A stretch of 64,000 nucleotides of DNA from Podarcis filfolensis. Lineage: Eukaryota. The notes beneath the pieces were generated by a model. The model ran no database searches. It saw only the letters and a program-made list of their open reading frames with translations, and was not told the DNA's origin. Positions within the stretch are counted from its first letter, which is position 1. Each line of letters starts with the position of its first letter. The position numbers were made by a program, and so were the translations under genes. The stretch lies in the NCBI GenBank assembly GCA_964270895.1, contig OZ185436.1, one strand, 5' to 3'. This document shows positions 1 through 19,265 of the stretch, piece after piece.

Positions 1-303
1 CCAGTAACAACTTTAGGAAGTTGAGGAACAGGGAGCTTTACTATTAGCACCGTATTAAAGGAGCAGCTGCAGAATCACTCTGGATTCAATTATGCTTTCA
101 AATAGCAATTAGGCTCTACTTGTTGTTTTACTATCATCCTGGTGCACCTTGAAGGCATTGGATAATTTTGCCAACACCAGAGGCTTCCCATAACAGCTCT
201 TTTCTACCCAGGGGCAGAAATAATTGTTAAATCTCTGCTATCCTTTACTGTTGTAGTGCCACCTATTGGTAATAATCAGTATGACAATTACTGGTAATGA
301 ACA

Positions 304-775
304 CATTCATAGAACCGTAAGAGTTGGAGGGAGTCTTGTAGGCCATCTAGGCCAATCCCTGCTCAGCATTGGAAATCCTGAGCTACAGCATCCAAAAGAT
401 GATTGCCCAGCCTTTGCCTGAAGACTTCCAATGAGGGAGAGCCCATCAACCTCAGCAACTGATTTCACTGTCATTAAAAGAGCTTTTCTAACATTCGGCT
501 GCAATAAGCCCTCCCCCAACTTGCTTATTAGATCTAGTCCTGTCCTCTGGGATTGCAAGGAACAAGCATTTTCCCTTTTCTGTGTAACTGACCTTTGGGT
601 ATTTGAAAAGTGCTATCATTAAAGATGCCAGTTCTTCCATTCCTTCCTCATGAGACTGGCTTTCCACCCCACTAGCCATCTTTGGTATATTCTTCTGAAC
701 CTGTTCCAATTTGCCTATGCAGCACCCAGAACTGTAGACAGTACTTTAGATGAGGTCTGACTAGGGCAGAATAAA
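304..775 (-). mobile_element. CR1 LINE 3' fragment
   Basis: Typical reversed CR1 tail (catagaa...gagttggaggg...catctaggccaatccc). The minus ORF EQVQKNIPKMASGVESQSHEE resembles the degenerate CR1 RT C-terminus ERVQRRATKMIRGLE. Confidence 0.85.
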
Positions 776-938
776 ATTGTTATTAACAGATGTGATGCCA
801 GCAAGAAAAAGCAATGTTATCTGCAGATACCAGGTATCTCATGAACTCTGCTTGAGGATATCTCATCTTAGTGGATCAGAACGGAGCAAAAACAAATAAA
901 AAGGCAACATGCCAGAGCCACTACAGGTGTTCAAAAGC

Positions 939-948
939 TTTATTTAAT
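939..948 (-). terminator. CYB561D2: Probable CYB561D2 poly(A) signal
   Basis: Minus-strand AATAAA (939-944) overlapping ATTAAA (943-948). It is the first canonical hexamer I found downstream of the stop, and a U/GU-rich element follows on the minus strand. Confidence 0.6.
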
Positions 949-3900
949 AGAGCACTCTTGATTACCTTTCTTTGATCAAGCTCAATGATGGGTACACCTG
1001 CCTGGCAGATATACTCATCACAAACAGTCCAGTGCAAACAACGATCTTCGTTGGTGCAGTTTCAGATCTGGCAGAACGCTTGATGTTTCAGTAACAGCAA
1101 TATATATTTCAGCCAAATCAATCCATGTAACTGGTGAAAATGAAGCATTCCTGCTGACATAATGCCTGTCACAGTTGTCATTGAAAGGACTGGTATCGCA
1201 TAGACGCAAGAAAAGGTGTGGGGACCATGGGCTCCATAGAAAAGATAACCAGGTACTCTAGTCCATAAAAATGTAGCATTTTTACATAATACATTATGGC
1301 AAACTATATGTTGAAGCAAATGATGCTGCACGGGACATCTAAGGTACATACCACTGGAAGATTAAAACAATGGGACTTCAATTAGTCACATTCTTTCATA
1401 GGTTTCAAAGAGCTTTAGTCATGATTAACTTTATCTAGGTCGGGGCCAGTGTCTTATCTCCTTGCAACCATGGTGCTTCTTCCAATCCCATTAAACAAGG
1501 GGCCTAGCTTTGCCCATTTTCTCATTCTTTGCTAAGGCAGTCATTCTCTCTTCTTCCCAGGCAGCAAAACAAAGACTCCTTTCCTTGATTTAGTCCCACA
1601 GCTGGTGGGAACCTTTGTATGCACTTTGGTTGAAGCCACTTAAACATGCTGCAAGCAAACCAAATCTGGAAGTCAGCTGTTAGCTAATGATAAAAAAGCA
1701 ACTGGGTTTCATCCTTGCCTTGGAACTGCAAGAGATTAAGTACCATCAGCCCATCTAGAAGCTTTTCTGAGTGCCTCAACATTCCTGTGTAGAAAGCATT
1801 TCCACACAGAGATTGTATGTAGATCAACACAAGTGTTGATCACACGTTACATTTGTGCAGAACATGTCATGTATCGGCAAACAGTGCCAAGTCTGAAAAA
1901 AGAAGAGCGCTTATCTGTATTTCAGTGCTCTGCTTCCATGTTCCTGTTCACAGGATCGTCTCTGTTAAATACTGTGACTCATGAGAAATCAAATGCTGGG
2001 AGTTTTGGTCTAAGAGCTACAAAAGAAGACAGCCATGCAGATACTATTCTAACCTCTGTGCTTGGATCAGTGGGAAACCTTTGGAAATCAGGGCTCCCTT
2101 TTGCTTACCTAGCCATAAAATGAAGCTACTATTCATCTACCATAACGCAAGAGTGAATGGAAATTCTGTACACCTAGAAGGGAAAGGACTGAGCAGGTTT
2201 CTTCTCCACCTTGAGAGGGCATAAATACATTTGCCAGGCTGTAAGCTTCCCTCTATCAGGAATAGTTTCAGGTAATAATGTGGTCTTGTGGTATACCATT
2301 CCAGGTATAGGATAAAAGATTATGAGAACCTATACCACTAGGCCAGAAGTTCAAAGAGAAATTCCTAAGCTTACATAGTATTGTGCTTTTGTCCGTGAAG
2401 CTTTCCTATGAACAGTGCACGCGTCAACCTGAAAGGAGGAACCCAGAAGTTATCAGTGCAAAGAAGGGAACAGAGACTTGGTTATACCATTCTTGAAAGC
2501 CTTTCTCAAGTTCAGTGTACCATATGCTCATGTAACTTTTGCCTGCCTCACATCTTTCCACCAGGGAAGAGGAGGAGGAGAATCCATCACTGTGCTGCCC
2601 CTCTTCTTCCTGGTTCTCAGTGTTTGCCTGTTATTTTCTAGGCAGCAGTTGCTCTCAAAATGGCTGCTGTTATAGCAGCTGACCAAAGAAAAGGCCACAG
2701 TAACTACTGAGGGCCAGAGTGGCGACAGAAGGGAGGACACAGTAGCAATTTCTTCCTTTCCCCCAACTTCCACACAAACACAAGGCAAGCACAGACCCTG
2801 CAATGCAGTCCAGAGTAGCAGGGGACTAAGCCACATTGAACTGAGTGGTGAAGACATGGAATGACAGGACTTCTAAGAGAGTTAAAAAAAAAACCACAGG
2901 AGAGAAGGTGGGGTAGTGAAGGAGTTGCAGCCCTCAGAATATTATAACAGTGGAAGGAAATGGCAAGTATCTCCTAATGTTTGTCTAGATCTAAGACAGG
3001 TTGTACAAAATGCTCTACATGTCAACCACCATCTCTTCACATCAAATTGTCTCTGGAAAACACCAATGGCTAATGGATCCACATCTGAGCCACTTCACTA
3101 TTTCAGGAAGTGAAGTTACTCAGCCAGTCTAACACACATAGTTGATCAGGTTTGGTTTTTAAACTGTTTATGTAAATCCCCCTGAGAGCTTCAGCTACAA
3201 GGCTATGAACAGATAAAGCAGCAGTAATAATAATTTACACTTACATGCTAACATGCACTTTGAATCCTGCTGGGGAGAAAACCTGCTAGACGGGTGGTCT
3301 GGTGTTCTTGAGCATTAAAAAATGAGAAGTCTTAGGCCCTCTGTCCTCCCTTGCCACTTTCTGGTTGTAGAGTCTCCATACAAGACAGCTTTGTTTTTAA
3401 AGCACATAATATGTTTAGATCCTGCCTAGCTCAAATTACCTTGTCATTTCTAATACAGCTTAGAGCACTGCACAGTCAGGACAGATTTTTTTAGACAGAA
3501 ACTCAGGCCGTTACAGCTGTGTTAGAGAGAGATCAGCCCTTCCCTTATTCAGAGTGTTAAAAGGTTCAATCTGATACCCAAACCAGGACATCTGAACCCC
3601 AAACAGTTTACCAAGAGAAAGTATATTAAAACAGCTGAGGTGTGTGTGTCTGTATGCAAGAAGGGTGTCAGCAGCTACCTGAATCAAGAACGACCTAAGC
3701 AATACTTGGTGTTCTTTCACAGGGAGGCACCAGCAGAGTGCAACTGGGCTACTTAGCACTGGCCATATTTCCAGAGGTATTTTGACAGAGAAGAGAAAAT
3801 GCTACATGGACACTCTGGCACCAAAAGGAAGCTGGTTCAACAGGATGGGCATCTCCAGGATTTTAACAGGGAAAAGTCAGAAATTACATAAAATACCATA

Positions 3901-4023
3901 TGATGCTATAGGCAAGTAAAAAGAGATTCTTCAGTCCCACTGCCTTGTAAGACCACCTGACTCCTTACTGACAATGCAAGAATTCTTCAGAGATCCCACA
4001 AGCTGTCTGTTTCAGAATGGCTT

Positions 4024-4527
4024 TCAAGGCTGGATTCTTTTGCGATAGAGGTAGGCATTGCTCACTTGGTTCATGATAACCAGGCTGGTGAGGATAGGAC
4101 ACAGCATGGAAAGATACCAGGAGACTCCAGTTACAGATATGGTAAACCACAAGGAACACATACCCAGCATCAAACTGGCACAGCCAAGAATGTAACCGAT
4201 CAGCCCTGATGTGGCATGATAAAGCTTGAGTTTGCTCAGTGTCCAGTTCTTCATCAGCTTGGGGTAGAGCAGAGCAAGGCCCCCCATGCACTGCATGGTA
4301 GCATACAGCACCGTCAGCAAGCCAGTCAAACCGTGCCAGGTGACAAAATGGTCTTTCCCCTTGCGGTACTTGTTATAGCTGATGATGGCCAAGCCCAACA
4401 CTGCACAGGTGAGTGAGAGCAACTGTAAAGCCCAATGGAAGCGGACCTTGGCCTTCCGGGAGAAGGACTGGAGGAGGGAGCTCTCTGGAGAGAAAGTCAG
4501 CAGGGCTTCTGTCATCAGGAAAGAAAA
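4024..4527 (-). CDS. CYB561D2: CYB561D2 last coding exon
   Basis: Part of ORF 4024..4539. Acceptor ctctccag|TTT, then [17 protein letters not shown]...RKRIQP, stop TGA. Confidence 0.97.
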   Translation of the reverse strand, partial: FSFLMTEALLTFSPESSLLQSFSRKAKVRFHWALQLLSLTCAVLGLAIISYNKYRKGKDHFVTWHGLTGLLTVLYATMQCMGGLALLYPKLMKNWTLSKLKLYHATSGLIGYILGCASLMLGMCSLWFTISVTGVSWYLSMLCPILTSLVIMNQVSNAYLYRKRIQP

Positions 4528-4740
4528 CTGGAGAGGCAAAAGAAGACAACACCACTATGGTTTGTTACATTACATTTAGCCAATGGTAAAATTGCACTCA
4601 TTCCCAGCTTAACAACAACAACAAAAACTTCCTTGCTTTCCCCCAGCATTTAACTTTGTGTAATAACTTGGGAATTCCTGCCAAATACTGGAGAAGAAAT
4701 TGTTCTGTCATGGAAAGGCTTATCTCTTTTCTAAAGAAGG

Positions 4741-4776
<36 letters not shown>

Positions 4777-7304
4777 CCGCCCACCTGGCTGGTACAAATT
4801 TTATAGTGATCCTCATCAGCAAAGGAGAAGATAAAAGCTTTGTGAGCTGCACACAGAGAAGGAAGGGATAATTATCTCATATTTTAATCCTATCTACCAG
4901 TAGGGAATTCTGGATTCGAGTCCCACAACAGGCAGGAGCAGCTGCATCTCCTCTGCCTTTTCCAATTCCTTAGCACAGAATTTCCATCTTACTCCACAAC
5001 AAGCTGCCTCCAGCCCTTTCTCAGACTATTCGGTCCACTAAACAAAGCCCGATATAGATAAGGTAAGTTAGTTATTTAGGAAGATGGTTGTAAAGAATGC
5101 CTGTGGCTGGCTTACCGCAAGAGACATTAAGAAAGGATGCCAGGAGAACAAGCCTGGAAAGAAACAAAAGCAAGGTGAGTCCCTGTAGACGATCAGTTAG
5201 CATACAGCTGAAAATGTGCTACCTGCTATGGAAATAGGATACATCCATTTAAATCCTATAATTAATCCAATTGTGTGGAAATACTAAGTGTACTAGAATC
5301 ATTGTTGCTGGAGAGAAGCCATCACACATTTTTGTATACTGTGTACTTCAATTTGGATCCCTTTGTCATTCCTTCTCACGTGAGGTTGAGGGAGGAGCAA
5401 AACTTTCCCCAAAATAGACATAACAAAATGACTTCAAAATCCAAAGCGCTGAAAGAAATGCAGTACAGCACTCCAAACACATTGTGGAATTGCATATGAA
5501 TTCGGGAAAGGTTGCCATTTACTTCGTAGTAGGAAAAAGATAAACAAGCATTGTGGTACCTTAAAGATGGAACAGATCTGCAGTGGTATAAAATTTGTGG
5601 CCACAAGTACATGAAACCTTATGCTACACTAAATTGTGGGTTGTAGGTGCAACAGGGATGTTTTTAGAATCTGGCACAACACAGATTATATCCCTCTAAA
5701 AAAAATTGAATATTTTGAGCAATGTGGTGTGTTGTTCTGATCTGCAGCCCAAAGGAGGGTCAGTGGAAGTGGTTTGGTGCAGATACCAAAAGAGAAAATC
5801 AAAGACACCAGAATGGCCAGTTCTAGTGCTTTATTAAAGAAAAGTATAAACTTACAACACAGCCTGCAAAGCCCCACTGCCATTACAGACATGGGGGGAA
5901 CACCACAGCAGGAAGCAATCATGACTTGTCCACAAAGTGCTAATAAGTTAAGCATTACTTATACAAAAGACGGCATACTTTTGTTTGACCAGAACTTCTC
6001 ATCAATCCATCTGAGGGCATAGCTGGAAACTATCTAAGGCAGGCTTCCTCAAACTTGGCCCTCCAGATGTTTTGAGACTACAATTCCCATCATCCCTGAC
6101 CACTGGTCCTGCTAGCTAGGGATCATGGGAGTTGTAGGCCAAAAACAGCTGGAGGGCCGAGTTTGAGGAAGCCTGATCTAAGGCTTACAGATACTTGCCC
6201 TCTGTGGGCCAAGAGCCCAATATCCCAGGCCCCACAGATAAGCATAGCATCAAAGCAATCCAATTAGTTTATAACAAAGCAAGTGCATATAGAGGTGAGC
6301 TCATTGTTGCAACAACTACCAATTAGTTTCAGGGTCATCTTGACTATCAAGATGGTGTTCGCAGTCTCACCTTTGGTTCAACACATGTGCTTTGCTGAGA
6401 CTGCAAGCGGGAATGCAGTGCCCTATGCCAAAATACCTAAGGCATCACTGAAAATGGGCCTAGTGATCTTGTCTAAAGCTTTTGTTATGTTAAAGGATCA
6501 TATTTCACTAGAAGACTCATTTAACAGAGAGAGGCTCAAAGTTTATTCTCATAAAACATCTAGGACTGCAAAGTTAGTAACAGGAGATGTTGCAAAGGAT
6601 TGGTTTACTGTGACAGAGCTCATGTGTTGCATTTTGTAATGGAAAAACAGAAATGCTACACTATTCGTCAGTAAAGTGCACTGGCCAAACTCTCTCCAGG
6701 CAATAATCAAAGACTGTAGTCACAGACATGTAAACTTCATGTGGATGGTCTTCCTAATTCACATAAGGTTTGGAAAAACACAATGAAGGGGATGAACATT
6801 AAAATGTGCATCAGGAGCATGCACAGGTTTCTTGCAGGACTGAGACACCATCCTATGTGTTATGTCAGGCAGAAGCTATTCCTATCAGTTTAGGCCCTGT
6901 AAAACAATTATATTTAAGAGCAGAAGCGCCCGAGAGCTTAGATGATTCAGAAGCCTATCATGTTGGCTATATGCAGAGTGAGGCCTAAACCACCTGAAAT
7001 CAGCTCTACAAAGTGCTGGACTATAAGTCTTACTTTCAAATGACTAACATTCTTTACTCACACTCAAGACAGAATTTTGATTGAGTGTATATCTGTCCAC
7101 GTCTTAGTTTTTAATCAAACCTATGCACAGGTATTGGAGCACATTTAACAATGCACCTATCATTGCATCCTACTTACTTGATCCAGGTCTAGCCACCACA
7201 GCTACGAAGATGGTAAATCCAAGCGAGGCAAGGTGCGCAGTAGCACCAAAGACAGCTCTGAGAGAGTGGTATATTCGCGATTCTGTTTCAACAGTCAGAG
7301 CCAT
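4024..7304 (-). CDS. CYB561D2: Cytochrome b561 family member D2 (transmembrane ascorbate-dependent ferric reductase), complete spliced CDS, 222 aa
   Basis: join(complement 7178..7304, 5116..5153, 4024..4527) = 127+38+504 = 669 nt. Translation [62 protein letters not shown]...[11 protein letters not shown]. All four heme-ligand His (48, 86, 120, 159) are present and both introns are GT-AG. Confidence 0.97.
4744..4791 (-). repeat. (AAT)n microsatellite joined to a very short L2 LINE tail
   Basis: About 10 AAT units, followed by acccgcccacctggctgg, the same tail as at 8700. Confidence 0.8.
5116..5153 (-). CDS. CYB561D2: CYB561D2 coding exon 2 (38 nt)
   Basis: tttccag|GC TTG TTC TCC TGG CAT CCT TTC TTA ATG TCT CTT GCG|gtaag = (S)[12 protein letters not shown]. 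Confidence 0.96.
6040..6175. mobile_element. Palindromic hAT-type MITE, 136 bp
   Basis: TIR CAGGCTTCCTCAAAC / GTTTGAGGAAGCCTG with a perfect 8-bp TSD ATCTAAGG (6032-6039, 6176-6183). Confidence 0.92.
7178..7304 (-). CDS. CYB561D2: CYB561D2 coding exon 1 (ATG at 7304)
   Basis: [42 protein letters not shown], followed by donor GTAAGTA. Confidence 0.96.
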
Positions 7305-8663
7305 GTCTTCTCCAGCACAGTTGACAGGATCTTGACCTTCCACCCTTCACCAGTTACCAGCTTCCTTTTTCTGTATGCAGCATGTATCAGCTTCCCCAGC
7401 ACATGAGGGGGAAACTATAGAATGTTATTGTGCTGATGGGGAAAACATACTTCTCATACTTCTGTTAGTTATCTGAGAAAAAGACAGGCAAAGCTATTAA
7501 CACCAAAAAATCTGTCATAAGATGGCACAAGGCCCAGCAATAACTTTCACTGGTGAATCTTAAGGGCAGACTAAAGAAAAATCCTGGCTAGCAAAAGAAG
7601 ACTTTGTTCCCCACCATCTGCTTGATTTATTAGCAATAGCAATGGGATATTTCAGGAAGTCAGCTGAACTCTCCCCTTCATCATGCCCATTCTTTTTTCT
7701 CCCTCCCTCATTGTAACTGCAATACCTGTGACAGTGTGGTACTAAAGGGAAGCATTTGCCCATGCCACATTCTGCCTGGCATGTACACAAAATGTGCTGT
7801 CTTAGCACATCTTCTCGCCAGAATTAGTGCAGTAGGAAAAAAGTCTCCCACTCCCATGGTTGCAGCAGGGCAGACGCCTTTCACCAGGGAGAAACTAGGA
7901 CACACTGACAAACTACAAAGCCAGTATAAAGCACTACAAGAGTTACACCGCTCTTATTATTGGTTTGCTAAGAAAGCCTGTTGAGTCACAGACATATTTC
8001 ATTTTATGACAGCAAGTATTGATGCTGCAGCTCCATGGAGTAATGCTATTGAAACGTGGAGGCATTTGGCAGGCTAAGGCATAACCACATTTTTCTTTAC
8101 GTTCCTCATGGAATTCCCAAATTAAGATTAGAGCTCTTGAACAAATCTTCAGCCACCAGCACCAACTGGAACACCTAACAGATTCTCCCTGGTTCATGCA
8201 AAGCCTAATATGTAAACTATAGTCCTATTCTGCTTCCTGGATTCTCATTGATCAATCCAATTTATTATTGATTAAACACACCAGAAACCTGTGGCCAACT
8301 GGTGAGGGGGGAGGTTCCAGGTTGTTGTTTTTTATGTGGCAATACAAGAGAACTCCAAACATCTTATGTACACATGGGTTGCACATTCATTTCTACCCAG
8401 CACTGCTTTCTCTACATGAATTTTGTCCCAGATGAAGCAACCCCGAGTGGAGAGCTGAAGCAAGGTCCAAGCCCTGTTAATCCCTTCTTTGCACCCTCTA
8501 CAGATCCACCTTCTTACTGGAATGAAATCATAGGGTTAACTAGGGCCATATGCATGGGGGGGGGGTTGCCCCAGTAAAGTCTCCAGAGTGGCACCACTGA
8601 GGCTCCCAGCCTGTGTGTGCAAATGCATGTGGCTGCCAAACTGGGTCTTTGACCCAGGTGAAA

Positions 8664-8800
8664 TTAATAATAAATAATAATAATTTATTATTTATTATTT
8701 ATACCCCGCCCATCTGGCTGGGTTTCCCCAGCCACTCTGGGCAGCTTCCAACAGAATATTAAAATACAATAGTCTATTAAACATTAAAAGCTTCCCTAAA
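8664..8800 (-). mobile_element. L2 LINE 3' end with AAT/TTA tail
   Basis: tttataccccgcccatctggctgggtttccccagccactctgggcagc is the reverse of the L2 3' UTR seen on + at 43680-43720. Confidence 0.8.
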
Positions 8801-9857
8801 GCCTAGTTTCACCCCTGAATTAACAAAGAAATGAGATTGACACTGAAATTAAACTCAAAGGGACCACAGCCAACTGAGAGATGCATTCACTTCTTTTCAA
8901 ACACAGAATTATATTGTCAGTCAGAGTGAACATTCCCTTTTAAAAGAGTAAAAGAGAGAGAGAGCTCATTCAGTAGTTTCCAAAGTAGTATAAGTGTTCA
9001 AACCCAGGAAGCCATAAATAGTGAAATTACCACCTCTATGCTTGATCTTGTAACCGGGTGGCATTTGTGCTTATCCAGTTTAGCGTACTTTATTTAAGCA
9101 GTAATTAAACCACAGCAGACTTCAGGAGGAAAATACAGTATATTCACTCTCACCAGCATCCCTTTCTTTTAAACCTGCTGCCACAGATCAGCTGTCGTGT
9201 CAGGACACTGATCCTGTTGTCTTAAGTATGAAAATGTGGTAGAGTCGCCATTGCTCATTCATCTCCCCTCAGCAACCTGTTATTGCAGAGTCTGATCCGG
9301 ATCTCTTTCTGTGCACTATGAATGGCAGAGCGAGATTTAGTGTGCTTCATGATTCTTCCCCACCCTATTCATTTGTGGAGGGAGGATACCCAGTCTGCCA
9401 AATTACAGGGGTGGGGGGAACACCCACAGACCCTTCAGACCCCCGTTTAATATACGGTATACTGTATAGCATATATGCTTATATACATATTTATATATTC
9501 GATAGTCATTGGGAGAACCCAATATTGCCTAATCCAGAAGCACATTCTCCTCGGATAAGGCACCCGCCCCTCCTCCTAACTCTTCGCAAAGCGAGATTTT
9601 GAGGAGCAGGAGATTTCTGGGTTCAGGTGCCGATTTGCCAAGATCGAAGATGCGGGTCACACAAAGGCATCCCCAGCAAGGCTTCAAGTCACAGGGACAG
9701 CCCCACCCACGACAGCTGTGCAAAAGGGGGCAGATCTCGACCCACGCTGCCGCCCACCTTCCCACTTGGGTTCGCATACACACCGAGTTCCTTAGTCCGA
9801 ACACACACACACACCCGTGTCCAACAGTAGATCCCGGGGAGCGCGGATTTCACCTAC

Positions 9858-9930
9858 CTGCTCGCGGATGATCCTCATCGCAAGGGAGCAGGAACTCCGA
9901 TAGAAGCCGAGGAAGCAAGCGCCACCTGCT
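9858..9930 (-). other. CYB561D2: Probable non-coding first exon of CYB561D2 (5' end uncertain)
   Basis: Minus-strand donor CAG|GTAGGT at 9858/9857 at the edge of the CpG island, with a CCAAT box just upstream. Confidence 0.6.
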
Positions 9931-10329
9931 GATTGGGCAAGGCCGAGACTGGCCTTCTAGGGCCCGCCTACCCTGACTGTCACCCTGCGCATCTGAGAGG
10001 CTGAGCCTCGCTGTCCATCACGGGCGAAGTTCTGTCAAATGAAGCCTTCAACCTGATAAGACACGTGACCACCTGGGCAAGTTCTCCTCGACGGCTCCTT
10101 TGTTTGGAATTGCCATTCGTTTTATCGGGAGTCAGAGAAATCTGTGTGCGCGCATCTCCGGGACAGCAGTCTCGCCACTAGGCCAGATAAAACGGTGATG
10201 GCACGCGCATGCGCCATAAGGTTAATCTCTCTCTCGCGCGCGCGTGCCCAGCTGTTTTGCGCCTGCGTCGAAAAGCCAAGCGTTCTCCCCGACTCCGGCC
10301 ATACTCAGGACTATAGTGTGCGCATGCGT

Positions 10330-10359
10330 GCTCTTGCTGCTCTCCTCTCTCGGTCGCCG
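10330..10359 (+). other. NPRL2: Probable non-coding first exon of NPRL2 (5' end uncertain)
   Basis: Donor CCG|GTGAGT at 10359/10360 in the CpG island. The ATG exon at 10958 is preceded by an acceptor (ctcttgcag). Confidence 0.7.
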
Positions 10360-10965
10360 GTGAGTGCGCCTTTCCTTCAGTGCTGTTCTTCGTTCACTTG
10401 GGGAGGAGGGAGGGGGCGCTTGCAGGCTGTTTCGCCCGTTTGTGCTGCTTCCCTGGGGAGATGTGTGTGCGAGTGTAGCTCTTACTTGTCTGCGCACTTA
10501 TCAATGAACCTGGAGTTTCCTACACAGGAACAATTTTTTCCAGTGTCTTTTGCCAGCCGGAAGTGCAACAATTTAGAAGGAAAACTGAGCTAAGGAGAGT
10601 GAGGGGTTCAAAGCTCAGCCTGAGCTGAGCCAGGGAAGCCCTCCTGAACTGAGGGGGGAGGGAAAGGAGAGCTTAGCTGCAGCAGGAAATCACACTGCTT
10701 GTCAATGTTCCTTTATATGTGGGAAAACTTGCATAACTTAAACTCATGAATAAAAGTCCTCAGAGACTTATAAGAGCTATATGATGGGATGTTGTACATA
10801 ACTGAGGGAGACATGGTTAACAGCTACAAGAAGTCGTGCCCTTCCTGTGATCTTTCTGGATTTGTGGATTTCCCTCCCTATTACAAATAACAGTTCTTAA
10901 AATTATGAGGTATTTTCTTGGGAGTATCATCAGTTGTGTATACCTGATCTCTTGCAGTTATCACT

Positions 10966-18701
<7,736 letters not shown>

Positions 18702-19195
18702 GTCTCCAAAAAGGGGGGTGATTATTCATCATGTCCTGTTTACTACTGTGCTGCCTGGGACTGCTCATGATTTCTTCAGAGATCATTAAAAGCAACATAG
18801 CTCAAATTGTGTGGCATGATGCACCGTTGGTGCCTGGAACAAGTGAGCTGGATGGACTTGGATTTCTTTGGATTGTTTAGCGAAGATACACGTTTTAGTG
18901 AAGATCACATTTGTCTGGGCAAAACACACAGATGTATATCAAGAAGTTTTGGGAGTTCCATTTCCGTTTAAAAAATAATTAAACCAAGTTTTGCAATGCT
19001 ATGAAGTTGAGCAGTGGGGCAGGTGACTGCTTAAACCTATTCCCAGCTACCCATGGCGTTACGGATGTGTGTTTACAAGGCTGAAATGCTGGTTGTTATT
19101 AATCTGGCAGTATTATCCTGTAGTAGCAAGAAATCACATAATTCCTTTCCTTGTGTAAAGTATTGAAGGAAAAAGTTCTGTAACAGACTTGTACA

Positions 19196-19201
19196 AATAA
19201 A
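19196..19201 (+). terminator. NPRL2: Probable NPRL2 poly(A) signal
   Basis: First AATAAA I found after the stop codon, followed by pyrimidine/GU-rich sequence. An ATTAAA at 18978-18983 is an alternative. Confidence 0.55.
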
Positions 19202-19265
19202 ACAGAAAGATAATTGCATTACCCTTGTTCCTGTCCCAATTGCTTTGAGTCCTTCCTGTGTATTA

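Larger units (their letters stand above)
9600..10450. promoter_or_regulatory. CpG-island bidirectional promoter CYB561D2/NPRL2
   Basis: High CpG density. NRF1 sites GCGCATGCGC 10205-10214 and TGCGCATGCG 10319-10328, CCAAT box (ATTGG 9932-9936), E-box CACGTG 10062-10067. Divergent splice donors at 9858 (-) and 10359 (+). Confidence 0.85.

Noticed and set aside
1-4000. TMEM115 coding sequence expected from synteny
   Set aside because: No matching peptide in any frame. At most its 3' UTR could reach into the window.
10144-10593. 149-aa ORF in the bidirectional promoter
   Set aside because: Starts at GTG, crosses a splice donor, has no homology I recognise, and is typical of stop-poor CpG islands.
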